This document shows, in pieces, positions 37,269 through 46,415 of a stretch of 64,000 bases of DNA. Source of the stretch: an uncultured archaeon (GTDB lineage: Archaea; Asgardarchaeota; Thorarchaeia; Thorarchaeales; Thorarchaeaceae); contig CAZVZC010000001.1 of assembly GCA_964631415.1 (NCBI GenBank), positions 80,260-144,259 on the forward strand. Direction: 5' to 3'. The notes beneath the pieces were generated by a model that saw only the letters and a list, made by a program, of their open reading frames with translations, was not told where the DNA came from and did not search any database. Positions within the stretch are counted from its first letter, which is position 1. Each line of letters begins with the position of its first letter. Made by a program: the position numbers and the translations under genes.

Positions 37269-39074
37269 ATGAGCCAACAGACTGGGAGAATCGAGAACAT
37301 AGCTGGGCCGGTTGTGAAGTGCAGCGGAATCCGTGCTGTGCGTATGTATGAGGTGGTGCGGGTAGGCAAGGAGAAGCTGATCGGTGAGGTCATCGAGGTG
37401 GGAGAGAATGAGTTCACGGCGCAAGTATACGAGGAAACCTCCGGTCTCTGTCCAGGCGAGCCTGTGATTTCTACTGGGAATGCTCTCTCAGTGGAACTCG
37501 GACCTGGCTTGCTCGGCTCCATCTACGATGGAATCCAGCGACCGCTACCACAGCTACAGTTTCTTTCGGGTGACTTCATAACCCGCGGCTTAACAGTTGA
37601 GGGACTGAACAAGGAGAAGAAATGGACATTCACTCCTTTGATGAAGGTCGGTGATCATACCAAACCCGGAGATATCATCGGTGAGGTTCCTGAAAGCGGC
37701 ATAATAGTATCGAAGATAATGACCCCGCTTAGTGTTGAGGGTGACATAGTCAGCATTGTGCCCGCGGGCCAATACACAGTTCTTGAACCCGTCTGCAGAG
37801 TGAAAGATGGCCGAGGGGATGTACACGACATTATCATGATGCAGAAGACGCCTGTACGCGTAGGCCGTCCCTTCAAGGAACGTGTCGGAATGGACACGCC
37901 GCTGATTACTGGACAGAGAGTGATTGACACTTTCATGCCACTAGCGAAGGGTGGTACAGGTGCCATTCCTGGTGGGTTTGGCACAGGAAAGACAGTCACA
38001 CTCCACCAGTTTGCGAAGTGGGCCGATGCCCAAGTGATAGTATACGTTGGGTGCGGCGAACGTGGGAATGAGATGACTGAGGCTCTTGAAGAATGGCCGA
38101 AACTCAAGGATCCGAAGTCGGGCAGGCCGCTGATGGAGCGAACGGTACTAATTGCCAACACGTCAAACATGCCCGTGGCAGCACGAGAAGCCTCGATATA
38201 TGTAGCAGCCACAATAGCGGAATACTTCAGGGACCAAGGTTACGATGTCGCTCTCATGGCTGACTCGACCTCTCGCTGGGCCGAAGCCCTGCGTGAAATC
38301 TCAGGTCGACTAGGCCAGCTGCCTTCTGAGGAAGGCTATCCAGCCTACCTAGGTTCGCGCCTAGCACAGTTCTATGAGAGAGGTGGTCGAGTCAAGACTC
38401 TATGTTCTGGTGAGAGGTTCGGGTCGGTGACAATGTGTGGGGCGGTTTCACCGCCAGGTGGTGACTTCTCAGAGCCTGTGACACAGGCCACATTGCGCAT
38501 AGTGAAGGTCTTCTGGGCACTGGACAAGGACCTCGCGGCAAGGAGGTTCTTCCCGGCCATCAACACATTGACTAGCTACTCACTGTATCACGCGAATCTT
38601 GAGAAGTGGCATAGAGCGAACTTGGGACCTGACTGGCCTCAGCTCGTGACTGAAGCAATGGCGCTCTTGCAGAAGGATCAGGAACTGAGAGAGATAGTGC
38701 AGCTTGTCGGTCCGGATGCACTCCCCGAGTCCGAGCGCGCGGTTCTTGAGGCCGCAAGGATGATCAAGGAGGACTTTCTCACACAGAGTGCCGTGCACGA
38801 GATTGACACATACAGCCCGATTAGCAAGACCTATCGCATGTTGCGAATCATCATCATCTTCTCGCGAAAGATGGCCGAGGCAGTCAAAATGGGTGCGCAC
38901 GTTCGAAGGGTACTTGAGTTCAGCGTACTCGACAACATCGCCCGGATGAAGATTGCGCCTTGGGACACATACAGCAAGACCATGGATGCCATTGAGAGCA
39001 AGATGGAGCGAGAGTTTGATGCACTCTTCAAGGAGCTGACGGCATCCAGTGTGCCTTTGCCAACAGCACCTTGA
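37269..39074 (+). CDS. atpA: A/V-type ATP synthase catalytic subunit A
   Basis: Walker A 'PGGFGTGKTV', 'VYVGCGERGNEM', '[15 protein letters not shown]'. 601 aa. Confidence 0.95.
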   Translation: MSQQTGRIENIAGPVVKCSGIRAVRMYEVVRVGKEKLIGEVIEVGENEFTAQVYEETSGLCPGEPVISTGNALSVELGPGLLGSIYDGIQRPLPQLQFLSGDFITRGLTVEGLNKEKKWTFTPLMKVGDHTKPGDIIGEVPESGIIVSKIMTPLSVEGDIVSIVPAGQYTVLEPVCRVKDGRGDVHDIIMMQKTPVRVGRPFKERVGMDTPLITGQRVIDTFMPLAKGGTGAIPGGFGTGKTVTLHQFAKWADAQVIVYVGCGERGNEMTEALEEWPKLKDPKSGRPLMERTVLIANTSNMPVAAREASIYVAATIAEYFRDQGYDVALMADSTSRWAEALREISGRLGQLPSEEGYPAYLGSRLAQFYERGGRVKTLCSGERFGSVTMCGAVSPPGGDFSEPVTQATLRIVKVFWALDKDLAARRFFPAINTLTSYSLYHANLEKWHRANLGPDWPQLVTEAMALLQKDQELREIVQLVGPDALPESERAVLEAARMIKEDFLTQSAVHEIDTYSPISKTYRMLRIIIIFSRKMAEAVKMGAHVRRVLEFSVLDNIARMKIAPWDTYSKTMDAIESKMEREFDALFKELTASSVPLPTAP

Positions 39075-39153
39075 CAAGTCTTGCGGTCGGATGGAACCAT
39101 ACTCTGGTCTGAGTGGCCCTTATCAGACGATATGGATGGCAGACAGATGAGAT

Positions 39154-39744
39154 ATGACGCACCTAGATGAGATACTGGATCTGCATCGAGAGATAGAACG
39201 ATGCAGGCGATGCCCGCTTTGGAAGACTCGAAGGAATGCGGTCCCGGGCGAGGGTTCAGCAACAGCCAAAGTGATGTTCGTCGGCGAGGCTCCAGGTGCT
39301 AGAGAAGACGAGTCTGGTAGGCCGTTTGTAGGACGGTCTGGGGACCTTCTCACAGAGTTGCTCGCAGAGATAGGTCTCTCAAGGAGTGATGTCTTCATCA
39401 CATCCATCCTGAAATCGCGTCCACCGAGGAACCGTCTCCCGACCAAGTCAGAGATTGATGCCTGTTACCCCTATCTCCAGAAACAGTTCGAATTAATCGC
39501 GCCTTCAGTGATAGTCCTTCTTGGCGGCGTGGCTGTGTCAGCGGTCATAGGTCCGTGGAAGATGTCTGACTGTCATGGCAGATTCTACGAGGGGGCCGGC
39601 AGGGTCTTTTTCATGACCTATCATCCTGCTGCAGCACTCAGATTTCCTAGGGCCAGGGAAGTGATGAGGGCAGACTTCGCGGCCTTGAAGACGCACCTAG
39701 ACCAAGTGGCAGTTATATCCACAAGCAAAGACTCTCAATCGTGA
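39154..39744 (+). CDS. udg: Family-4 uracil-DNA glycosylase (Fe-S type)
   Basis: 'CRRCPLWKTRRNAVPGEG', 'VMFVGEAPGAREDESGRPFVGRSG' and 'YHPAAALR'. Confidence 0.85.
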   Translation: MTHLDEILDLHREIERCRRCPLWKTRRNAVPGEGSATAKVMFVGEAPGAREDESGRPFVGRSGDLLTELLAEIGLSRSDVFITSILKSRPPRNRLPTKSEIDACYPYLQKQFELIAPSVIVLLGGVAVSAVIGPWKMSDCHGRFYEGAGRVFFMTYHPAAALRFPRAREVMRADFAALKTHLDQVAVISTSKDSQS

Positions 39745-40265
39745 AACCCCTGGAAGTATTCCTAACGTCCGTTTCCATGATTCAAATCCCGCTTCAGTTT
39801 CAGCCCTTCCCATCATGGTGGTCTTCTGTGCTGGAAACGGTTCTGAATGCGGCATATGCTATTACCATCAGGGGATACCTGCTGATTGTCTTGATCGGGC
39901 TCATGCTCTATATGACCGGTCTGTGCGATGAACTTGGCAAGATACTCGTAGTCGGGGGTGTCGGTATCTACCTTGTCGGGCCTTATCTTGTTAGCCTCTT
40001 TGCGACTGTAGCTGGCATCGAACCCATCACGCTTGAGAGTGCCACTAGTGCGTGGCTGAGAGTCTTCGCAATGAGTGACAGTGAGCTAATCGCATTGATT
40101 GTGACCTTGGCTGAGGTTCTTGCAGCCATCTGTTGTCTGGCTGGAGCAATAATGTATTTCGTTCCGTCTTCAAACGAACTGAGGTCTAGGGGGCAGTCGT
40201 TGATCGTCAGGGCACTGATTCTTGCCCCGGTGTTAGTCTTCTTTCAAGTATCCCCTTGGATATAG
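39741..40265 (+). CDS. Polytopic membrane protein, unknown function
   Basis: Four or five hydrophobic segments. GTGA overlap with the udg stop. Confidence 0.5.
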   Translation: MKPLEVFLTSVSMIQIPLQFQPFPSWWSSVLETVLNAAYAITIRGYLLIVLIGLMLYMTGLCDELGKILVVGGVGIYLVGPYLVSLFATVAGIEPITLESATSAWLRVFAMSDSELIALIVTLAEVLAAICCLAGAIMYFVPSSNELRSRGQSLIVRALILAPVLVFFQVSPWI

Positions 40266-40350
40266 TACATTCACCTCGACATAACTCTTAAATGAATGCC
40301 ACCGCTCCGGCGGGACGTGGATTGACCGTGCACCTTGGGTGAGCACACCG

Positions 40351-41751
40351 ATGGCAGACAGGTCCTCTATCGAGTATCGAACGGTTTCTGACGTGAGTGG
40401 TCCCCTGCTCATTGTGCAGAACACACACAATGTAGGCTATAACGAAGTCGCGAGGATTCGATCCCCCTCAGGGGAGTTGCTGACAGGGACTGTGCTTGAA
40501 ACAGGTCACGGCAAGGCTATCATACAAGTCTTCGAGGGCACCAGCGGGTTGGACACCGACCTGACGTCCGTACGTTTCGTAGGAGAAACACTGAAACTGC
40601 CAGTGTCCACTGAGATTCTTGGACGCGTGTTGGATGGGTCGGGAAACCCACTGGACAAGGGTCCTCCCCTGACGGCAGAGGATCACTGGGACATAAACGG
40701 CTCGCCAATCAACCCCTACGCCCGTCAATACCCACGACAGCCGATCCAGACAGGTCTTTCAGTAATCGATGGGCTCAATACACTTGTCCGTGGTCAGAAG
40801 CTGCCGATCTTCTCAGGCTCTGGACTGCCTCACAACCGGATTGCTGCACAGATAGTCAGGCAAGCAAAGATCCCCGGTGAGGAGGGCCAGTTTGCTATAG
40901 TGTTTGCAGCGATGGGGATTACTGCAACTGAGGCCCAGTACTTCATGAACTCCTTTGAGGAAACAGGCGCACTCGAACACACAACTCTGTTCTTGAACCT
41001 AGCTAATGACCCTGCAATCGAACGCATCATCACACCTAGGGCTGCATTGACAGCGGCCGAGTACTTGGCATATCAAGCGGACATGCACATTCTGGTGATA
41101 CTGACTGACATGACGAATTACGCAGAGGCTCTACGTGAGATAAGCGCTGCAAGGTCTGAGGTTCCGGGCCGCCGCGGATACCCGGGGTACTTATACACGG
41201 ACCTCAGCCTGATCTATGAGCGCGCGGGTCGTATCCACGGCAGAAAGGGAACTATTACACAAATGCCTATACTGTCAATGCCACAGGACGACATGACACA
41301 TCCTATTCCTGACCTGTCCGGATACATCACCGAAGGTCAGCTTCCACTGAGTAGAGGACTGCACAGGCGAGGAATCTACCCGCCGATAGACCCCGGCCCG
41401 TCACTGAGTCGTCTGATGAAGGAGGGTATCGGCGAGGGGATGACTCGTTTCGACCACAAAGAGATACAGGCACAGCTCTACTACTGTTACTCTGAAGGCA
41501 GGGACTTGAGAGATCTCGTTGCCGTCGTCGGGTCAGAAGCCCTGACAGATCGTGACCAGAAGTACCTGAAGTTCGCTGACAGGTTCGAGCAGGAATTCAT
41601 AAACCAAGGAGAGTCTGAAGATAGGTCGTTCGAGCAGACCTTGGACCTAGGGTGGACCCTGCTCTGCGAGTTTCCTGAGAGAGAACTGAAGAGATGCGAC
41701 CCGCAAACCATCTCTTGGGCCAAGGAGAAAGGCGTCTACAAGCCTGCATGA
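40351..41751 (+). CDS. atpB: A/V-type ATP synthase subunit B
   Basis: '[16 protein letters not shown]', '[10 protein letters not shown]' and '[34 protein letters not shown]'. ATG at 40351; the tracked ORF starts at GTG 40339. Confidence 0.95.
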   Translation: MADRSSIEYRTVSDVSGPLLIVQNTHNVGYNEVARIRSPSGELLTGTVLETGHGKAIIQVFEGTSGLDTDLTSVRFVGETLKLPVSTEILGRVLDGSGNPLDKGPPLTAEDHWDINGSPINPYARQYPRQPIQTGLSVIDGLNTLVRGQKLPIFSGSGLPHNRIAAQIVRQAKIPGEEGQFAIVFAAMGITATEAQYFMNSFEETGALEHTTLFLNLANDPAIERIITPRAALTAAEYLAYQADMHILVILTDMTNYAEALREISAARSEVPGRRGYPGYLYTDLSLIYERAGRIHGRKGTITQMPILSMPQDDMTHPIPDLSGYITEGQLPLSRGLHRRGIYPPIDPGPSLSRLMKEGIGEGMTRFDHKEIQAQLYYCYSEGRDLRDLVAVVGSEALTDRDQKYLKFADRFEQEFINQGESEDRSFEQTLDLGWTLLCEFPERELKRCDPQTISWAKEKGVYKPA

Positions 41752-41797
41752 TCCTGTCAGATGAACATGACATGTCACACGACTAGGTTGCGACGGT

Positions 41798-42136
41798 TCA
41801 CTCAAGGCCAAAGCGCAAGTAGTGATCCTTTTCCTTCTTCGCCCCGAAGCTTCTGAGACCTTCTGCCCTCAGCTTCTTCTTGATCTCTGATGCTTCCGAC
41901 TCACTGATCTCTCTTCTCTTGACCATGAAGTCGATAATCTCAACTGCTTGGGACTCTGTGTCGCATCTCCGTATGTAGTCCACCACATCAGGCATGAATG
42001 TTGGTTCAGCACCTGATTCACCGGACTTGTCAGAAACGGTACGGGCTTCTTCCACTTTGTAGACCTTGGTCTTTCCTTCTTCCAGTTCCTCGCTGAGTGC
42101 AGGGAAGTCTTCGCCAAGTTCTTTCTTTCTAGCCAT
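41798..42136 (-). CDS. Small acidic/basic conserved-looking protein (possibly DUF2095-like), unknown function
   Basis: 112 aa with coding-like composition. The family call rests on memory only. Confidence 0.4.
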   Translation of the reverse strand: MARKKELGEDFPALSEELEEGKTKVYKVEEARTVSDKSGESGAEPTFMPDVVDYIRRCDTESQAVEIIDFMVKRREISESEASEIKKKLRAEGLRSFGAKKEKDHYLRFGLE

Positions 42137-42241
42137 GGTCCACCACCAGACCCTACGAGATGCTACTGATCCTGGCGTGTCTGAGAGAACAGTCTGTGAA
42201 ACGCCTTATGAACATTCGGCTGACGGCTCTCTGCGATTGTT

Positions 42242-43834
42242 TCACTGGTTCTTTATGAAGTTCCAAGGAAGATCCCCATCCAAGTGCTGTGCGTCACTGG
42301 CCATAGATAGGACCGGGACTCCAGTTTCGCTCTGTGCTCTCCTCCATCCGCCGTACCCTCCGTACCTTGCCGCCACTAGTATTGCTTTTCCCAGTGATCT
42401 GTTGCCGATGGACAGGGCCGCCTGAATGCGTGCGCTTCTGGGATCGAGTGTTTCAAACTCGACACGCTTGGCGCCGCGTAGCCCCCTCTCAACTATTCTG
42501 ATTTTGGCACGTATGCTTTCAATTGACGGCTGTGCTTCACGCTCCCAATCTGTGTGTGCCTTCGGTATGAATGGGTTCAAGCTAACCGTGACTCTCATAC
42601 CGCTCATCTTGACTAGGCGTTCTACCATCGTCGGGATGGTTCTCACGTCATCGTCAGTTTCACCGGGCAGTCCTATCATGAAGTAGAGTTTCAGGGCTCC
42701 AAAGCCGGCTTTGGCTGCCAGCTGCACCGTGTTCTCAATATCTTCGTCAGACAGCGTCTTCCCTGCTGATTTCCTCAGCTGCTGCGACCCTGTTTCAGGA
42801 GCGATTGTGAATGTCTTCTGTCCTCCTCTCACCAAGATGGATAGCAGTTCTCCACTGACTGAGTCTGCTCTTAGGGAGGGCACCGACAGCCCAAGGCCAC
42901 GGTCCACTATCCATGAGGCCAAGTCCCCCAAGCCGTCGATATCTCCCAGCGAGGAAGCAATGAGTGCAACCTTGTGCACTGGCGTTTCCTCGATTCCCTT
43001 TGTAATGATTTCCTTCAGACGCCCAAGTGATCTTGCTCTCTTGGGTCGGCAGATGTGACCAACTAGACAGAACTTGCAGGAATATCCGCATCCTCTTGTT
43101 GTTTCGACAAGCAAAGACCTGCCGAACACGGGCTCTAGACTAGAACCTTCCGGAACATCTGGGAGGATTTGAGCGGTTGGGTGAGGCAGAGAATCCAATT
43201 GGCTGAATCTGAGCCTGCGCACTTCGGACTGTCCGGCCGCAGGCACGTACACTCCCTCGATTCCGGCCAGTTCTTTGACAATCTCAGAACGCGACGCCAG
43301 CGAGGCCGCCGCATCCACAATCTGGCTGATGACAAGATCCCCCTCACCAATCACGAACGCATCCACAAAGTCTGCATAAGGTTCTGGATTGGCACTAGGT
43401 ACGGGTCCTCCCACGAGCACAATGGGGTCCGTTTCTGAACGTTGCGCTGCCATAACTGGTATGTTTCCACGGTCAAGCATCTGAAGGAGATTGAGAATGT
43501 CCTCTTCATAGGTAAGTGAGAAGCCCACGATATGATTCTCCTTCAATGGCCTTCCGCTTTCGACGGAGTGGCAGGGAGATGCGACATCGTACCTGAAGTA
43601 TCTCTCACACGAAGTGTCTTCTCTGTCGTTCAATATGGAGTAGAAAAGATGTGTTGCGAGACCTGTCATTCCTGCTCGATAGGTGGACGGATAGGCATAC
43701 CCAAAGAGCACGTCTACATTTCTCGTGTCCTTGAGAATCGAGTTGAACTCTTTTACACCAGTGGTGGGCAAGGCACAGTCCTCAGTCGTCTGTTTCGAGG
43801 CTAACAACTTTCTTCGGCTCATCGGACAGGACAA
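42242..43834 (-). CDS. B12-binding-domain radical SAM protein
   Basis: N-terminal 'LFGYAYPSTYRAGMTGLATHLFYSILN' (B12-like domain) and 'TTRGCGYSCKFCLVG' (CxxxCxxC). The start is uncertain because the ORF overlaps the upstream gene by about 50 nt. Confidence 0.75.
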   Translation of the reverse strand: MSCPMSRRKLLASKQTTEDCALPTTGVKEFNSILKDTRNVDVLFGYAYPSTYRAGMTGLATHLFYSILNDREDTSCERYFRYDVASPCHSVESGRPLKENHIVGFSLTYEEDILNLLQMLDRGNIPVMAAQRSETDPIVLVGGPVPSANPEPYADFVDAFVIGEGDLVISQIVDAAASLASRSEIVKELAGIEGVYVPAAGQSEVRRLRFSQLDSLPHPTAQILPDVPEGSSLEPVFGRSLLVETTRGCGYSCKFCLVGHICRPKRARSLGRLKEIITKGIEETPVHKVALIASSLGDIDGLGDLASWIVDRGLGLSVPSLRADSVSGELLSILVRGGQKTFTIAPETGSQQLRKSAGKTLSDEDIENTVQLAAKAGFGALKLYFMIGLPGETDDDVRTIPTMVERLVKMSGMRVTVSLNPFIPKAHTDWEREAQPSIESIRAKIRIVERGLRGAKRVEFETLDPRSARIQAALSIGNRSLGKAILVAARYGGYGGWRRAQSETGVPVLSMASDAQHLDGDLPWNFIKNQ

Positions 43835-45110
43835 GCCTCCCTGCCGGGATATCCCTGTCTACAATGACGCCAATACCTGTACGTGCACCTTGGTGAACCA
43901 CTACCCCCGGACTGAGTAGAGTGCCAATGCCAGTCTTCACGTTGTCCCCAATGATGGCCCCCATTTTGCGGCGGCCTGAGTTCACTCTTTCACCCTTGAC
44001 AGTCACGTGCACTGGCTGATCATCATGACGTAGATTCGCAGTGATAGTCCCTGCGCCGAAGTTCGACTTACGCCCTATGACTGAGTCGCCGACATAGGAT
44101 AGGTGTCCAATATGTGTGTCCTCCATTATGATGCTGTTCTTTATCTCGACCGCATTTCCAACTTTTACACCTCGACTGAGTGAAGTGCTCGGGCGAATGT
44201 AGCAGTTGGGTCCTACAACACAGTCCTCTCCTATACAGGCTGGTCCCTCGATGTATGCACCACTCTTGATGACAGCCCCTCTCTCCACGATGACATTTCC
44301 CTTGACGGTCGCACCATCCTCGACCTCGCCGTCAATCCTTCGTACGGCATCCGCTAAGACGAGTTCATTTGCTCTCAGGAGATCCCAAGGCTTTCCTATG
44401 TCGAGCCACCAGGAAGGCAGCAAATAGACTCCGACCATTCTCTGTTTTATCAGCATCATGATCGAGTCGGTTATCTCATATTCGCCGCGCGAAGACAGTC
44501 CAGTCTTGTCAATTGCGTGCCACATCTCAGGGCCAGTCGCATAGACTCCAGCATTGACGAGCTTGCTTGTTAGCTGGTCAGCTTTTGGCTTCTCTATCAA
44601 CCCCACGGCCCTGTCATCTTGAGCCATGACTATTCCATAAGGAGTGGGGTCTTCGACTGGGGTGACGGAAAGAATCGTCTTGAATCTGGCATTTTCATAG
44701 AGGCTGATTAGACCTGGAATGGTGTTTGGCCCTACCATCACGTCACCATACATCAGGATTAGTGGGTCCTGTTTGGCGAACTCGCGGGCGTGCGCTGCCG
44801 CGTGGGCAGTACCCTTTCTTTCCTTTTGGAGCACGTAAGAAACCTTCATCGGGTCCCAGTTCTGTGAGTCTATGGCCTCGCGAAGTTCTTCGCCATGGTA
44901 GCCGTAGACGACCAGTGTGTCTTGTATTCCTGCGTCCTTCAGGGCTCTAAGAGTATGGAAAATCAACGGCTGCCCCGCTACGGGCAAGAGGTGTTTGGGC
45001 AAGTTCGCAGACAGCGGCTGCATTCTTGTGGAGTCGCCTGCTGCCAGTAGGGCTGCCTTCGCTATCATATGTCGCTGCTGAAGTGCGAGGGGTGATAAAG
45101 AGTTCGCCAT
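43782..45110 (-). CDS. Bifunctional sugar-1-phosphate nucleotidylyltransferase/acetyltransferase (archaeal GlmU-like)
   Basis: 'AALLAAGDSTRMQPLSANLPKHLLPVAG' NTP-transferase domain plus C-terminal left-handed beta-helix hexapeptide repeats. Confidence 0.75.
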   Translation of the reverse strand: MANSLSPLALQQRHMIAKAALLAAGDSTRMQPLSANLPKHLLPVAGQPLIFHTLRALKDAGIQDTLVVYGYHGEELREAIDSQNWDPMKVSYVLQKERKGTAHAAAHAREFAKQDPLILMYGDVMVGPNTIPGLISLYENARFKTILSVTPVEDPTPYGIVMAQDDRAVGLIEKPKADQLTSKLVNAGVYATGPEMWHAIDKTGLSSRGEYEITDSIMMLIKQRMVGVYLLPSWWLDIGKPWDLLRANELVLADAVRRIDGEVEDGATVKGNVIVERGAVIKSGAYIEGPACIGEDCVVGPNCYIRPSTSLSRGVKVGNAVEIKNSIIMEDTHIGHLSYVGDSVIGRKSNFGAGTITANLRHDDQPVHVTVKGERVNSGRRKMGAIIGDNVKTGIGTLLSPGVVVHQGARTGIGVIVDRDIPAGRLVLSDEPKKVVSLETDD

Positions 45111-45245
45111 TTGGGACTACAGCGGGCCCAACGTCAAGGGATATGGTTTTAACTGGGTCACTGGGACTTATTTCACAGTATACGCGCTGGCAATGGGAGA
45201 ATATCGCGGGCTGCGACCGCGACATTAGTCCTCAGACGGCGATAA

Positions 45246-45271
45246 GTTAATAAACATTAACGTTAGTTAAG
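45246..45271. promoter_or_regulatory. AT-rich palindromic element in the promoter of the wHTH gene (operator/TATA candidate)
   Basis: GTTAAT-AAAC-ATTAAC overlaps the palindrome TAACGTTA and is followed by GTTAAG, 35-60 nt upstream of ATG 45305. Confidence 0.35.
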
Positions 45272-45304
45272 TACTCAATGTGGAACTGAATCTAGAGCAC
45301 AATA

Positions 45305-45586
45305 ATGGGTTCCGGATTCACAGCGAGGAGAATGATTGCAATGATGACTGATTCGGAACTGGCCGAAGAACTCAAGGAAATGAAGCTGACAAAGAGTCAA
45401 ATGATAGTGTTAGGCATCCTCAGAAAGAGCGGTCGGGATGGAGTTACGCCCAAGCAGCTCTTGGACAAGGTTTCATTTGCTCCAAGGACTGTGAGGTACG
45501 CACTCAGGAAACTACTGAAAAAGAACCTGATCAGACGAGTGCCTTGTCTGCAAGACATGCGTCAGTACATTTACACGCCAGCATAG
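45305..45586 (+). CDS. Small winged-helix (MarR-like) DNA-binding protein
   Basis: 'LTKSQMIVLGILRKSGRDGVTPKQLLDKVSFAPRTVRYALRKLLKKNLIRRV'. Confidence 0.65.
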   Translation: MGSGFTARRMIAMMTDSELAEELKEMKLTKSQMIVLGILRKSGRDGVTPKQLLDKVSFAPRTVRYALRKLLKKNLIRRVPCLQDMRQYIYTPA

Positions 45587-45756
45587 TGTTACCAACAGAC
45601 CCGTGTTTGTCCAGAGTGACTATCACCTGAGTTGGCGGGACTGAGAATGATGCGATCCAAAACATCTTGTTGTCAAACCATGCTTTGGCTTCAGGGCTGT
45701 TATGGACGCTGCAACTAGTCTTAGCAGAACGGCAAGCTGAGTGGAGCGAGAACAAG

Positions 45757-46410
45757 ATGAAGAGCCTAAAGGTCGTGACCGGCGAGAAAGCGGCTGCAGC
45801 AATACATGCGCTGAATGATGAATGCCGAAGGCGTATTCTCGATGCACTCAGGTCGAGAGAGATGCCCACACCAGAGATAGCTGAGCTACTCTCTGATCAG
45901 GGGCATGATCAAGTGAAGCCCCAGACGGTCCGATATCACTTGAAAGAGCTGGAACGCGCCGGACTGATAGAGCAGACAAGATGTATGCCTGCTGGTGACG
46001 ACGACACACACATAATGAAGAAGGTCTGGAGAGCAACAGCCGAGAGCATATTCATAGCCGCCGGGAAAGGAGCTGGGCCCCAGCAAGAAGGCACGAAAGA
46101 CCTTGACATACCCGCCGTGATGCGCAAACTGGGATTCGAGCCTCCTAGCGAAGACTTTGTGAAGGAAACCACGACGAGGTACCTAGAATGGGACTCACTC
46201 TGGCGAAGGGGAAAGGAACTCGCAGAGCAGAGTCTCAGTACAATCCCTGAACTCAGTCCGGCTGAGTACTTGGTGCTCAGGAGACTTCTGAGCGTTGTAC
46301 AGCTTCACAACGTGGATTATGCTCGCTACTGGGAAGTCAGCAAGGAAGTGGCTGACATGTTCAGGAAGGCTTACCTAGAGGGAATCGGGAAGAACCCGGA
46401 TGTCTACTAG
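45757..46410 (+). CDS. ArsR-family HTH regulator with a C-terminal helical extension
   Basis: 'LNDECRRRILDALRSREMPTPEIAELL...VKPQTVRYHLKELERAGLIEQ'. ATG at 45757. Confidence 0.7.
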   Translation: MKSLKVVTGEKAAAAIHALNDECRRRILDALRSREMPTPEIAELLSDQGHDQVKPQTVRYHLKELERAGLIEQTRCMPAGDDDTHIMKKVWRATAESIFIAAGKGAGPQQEGTKDLDIPAVMRKLGFEPPSEDFVKETTTRYLEWDSLWRRGKELAEQSLSTIPELSPAEYLVLRRLLSVVQLHNVDYARYWEVSKEVADMFRKAYLEGIGKNPDVY

Positions 46411-46415
46411 AGCCT

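Noticed and set aside
39145-39174. Direct repeat AGATGAGATA x2 spanning the udg start; considered as an insertion scar of the udg/membrane pair
   Set aside because: No matching copy exists at the other end of the insert (40266-40350). The second copy is simply coding sequence (L-D-E-I).
41768-41777. 10-bp perfect palindrome TGACATGTCA between convergent atpB and the small ORF
   Set aside because: Palindromes of this length are expected dozens of times in a window this size, so this is not evidence for a terminator.
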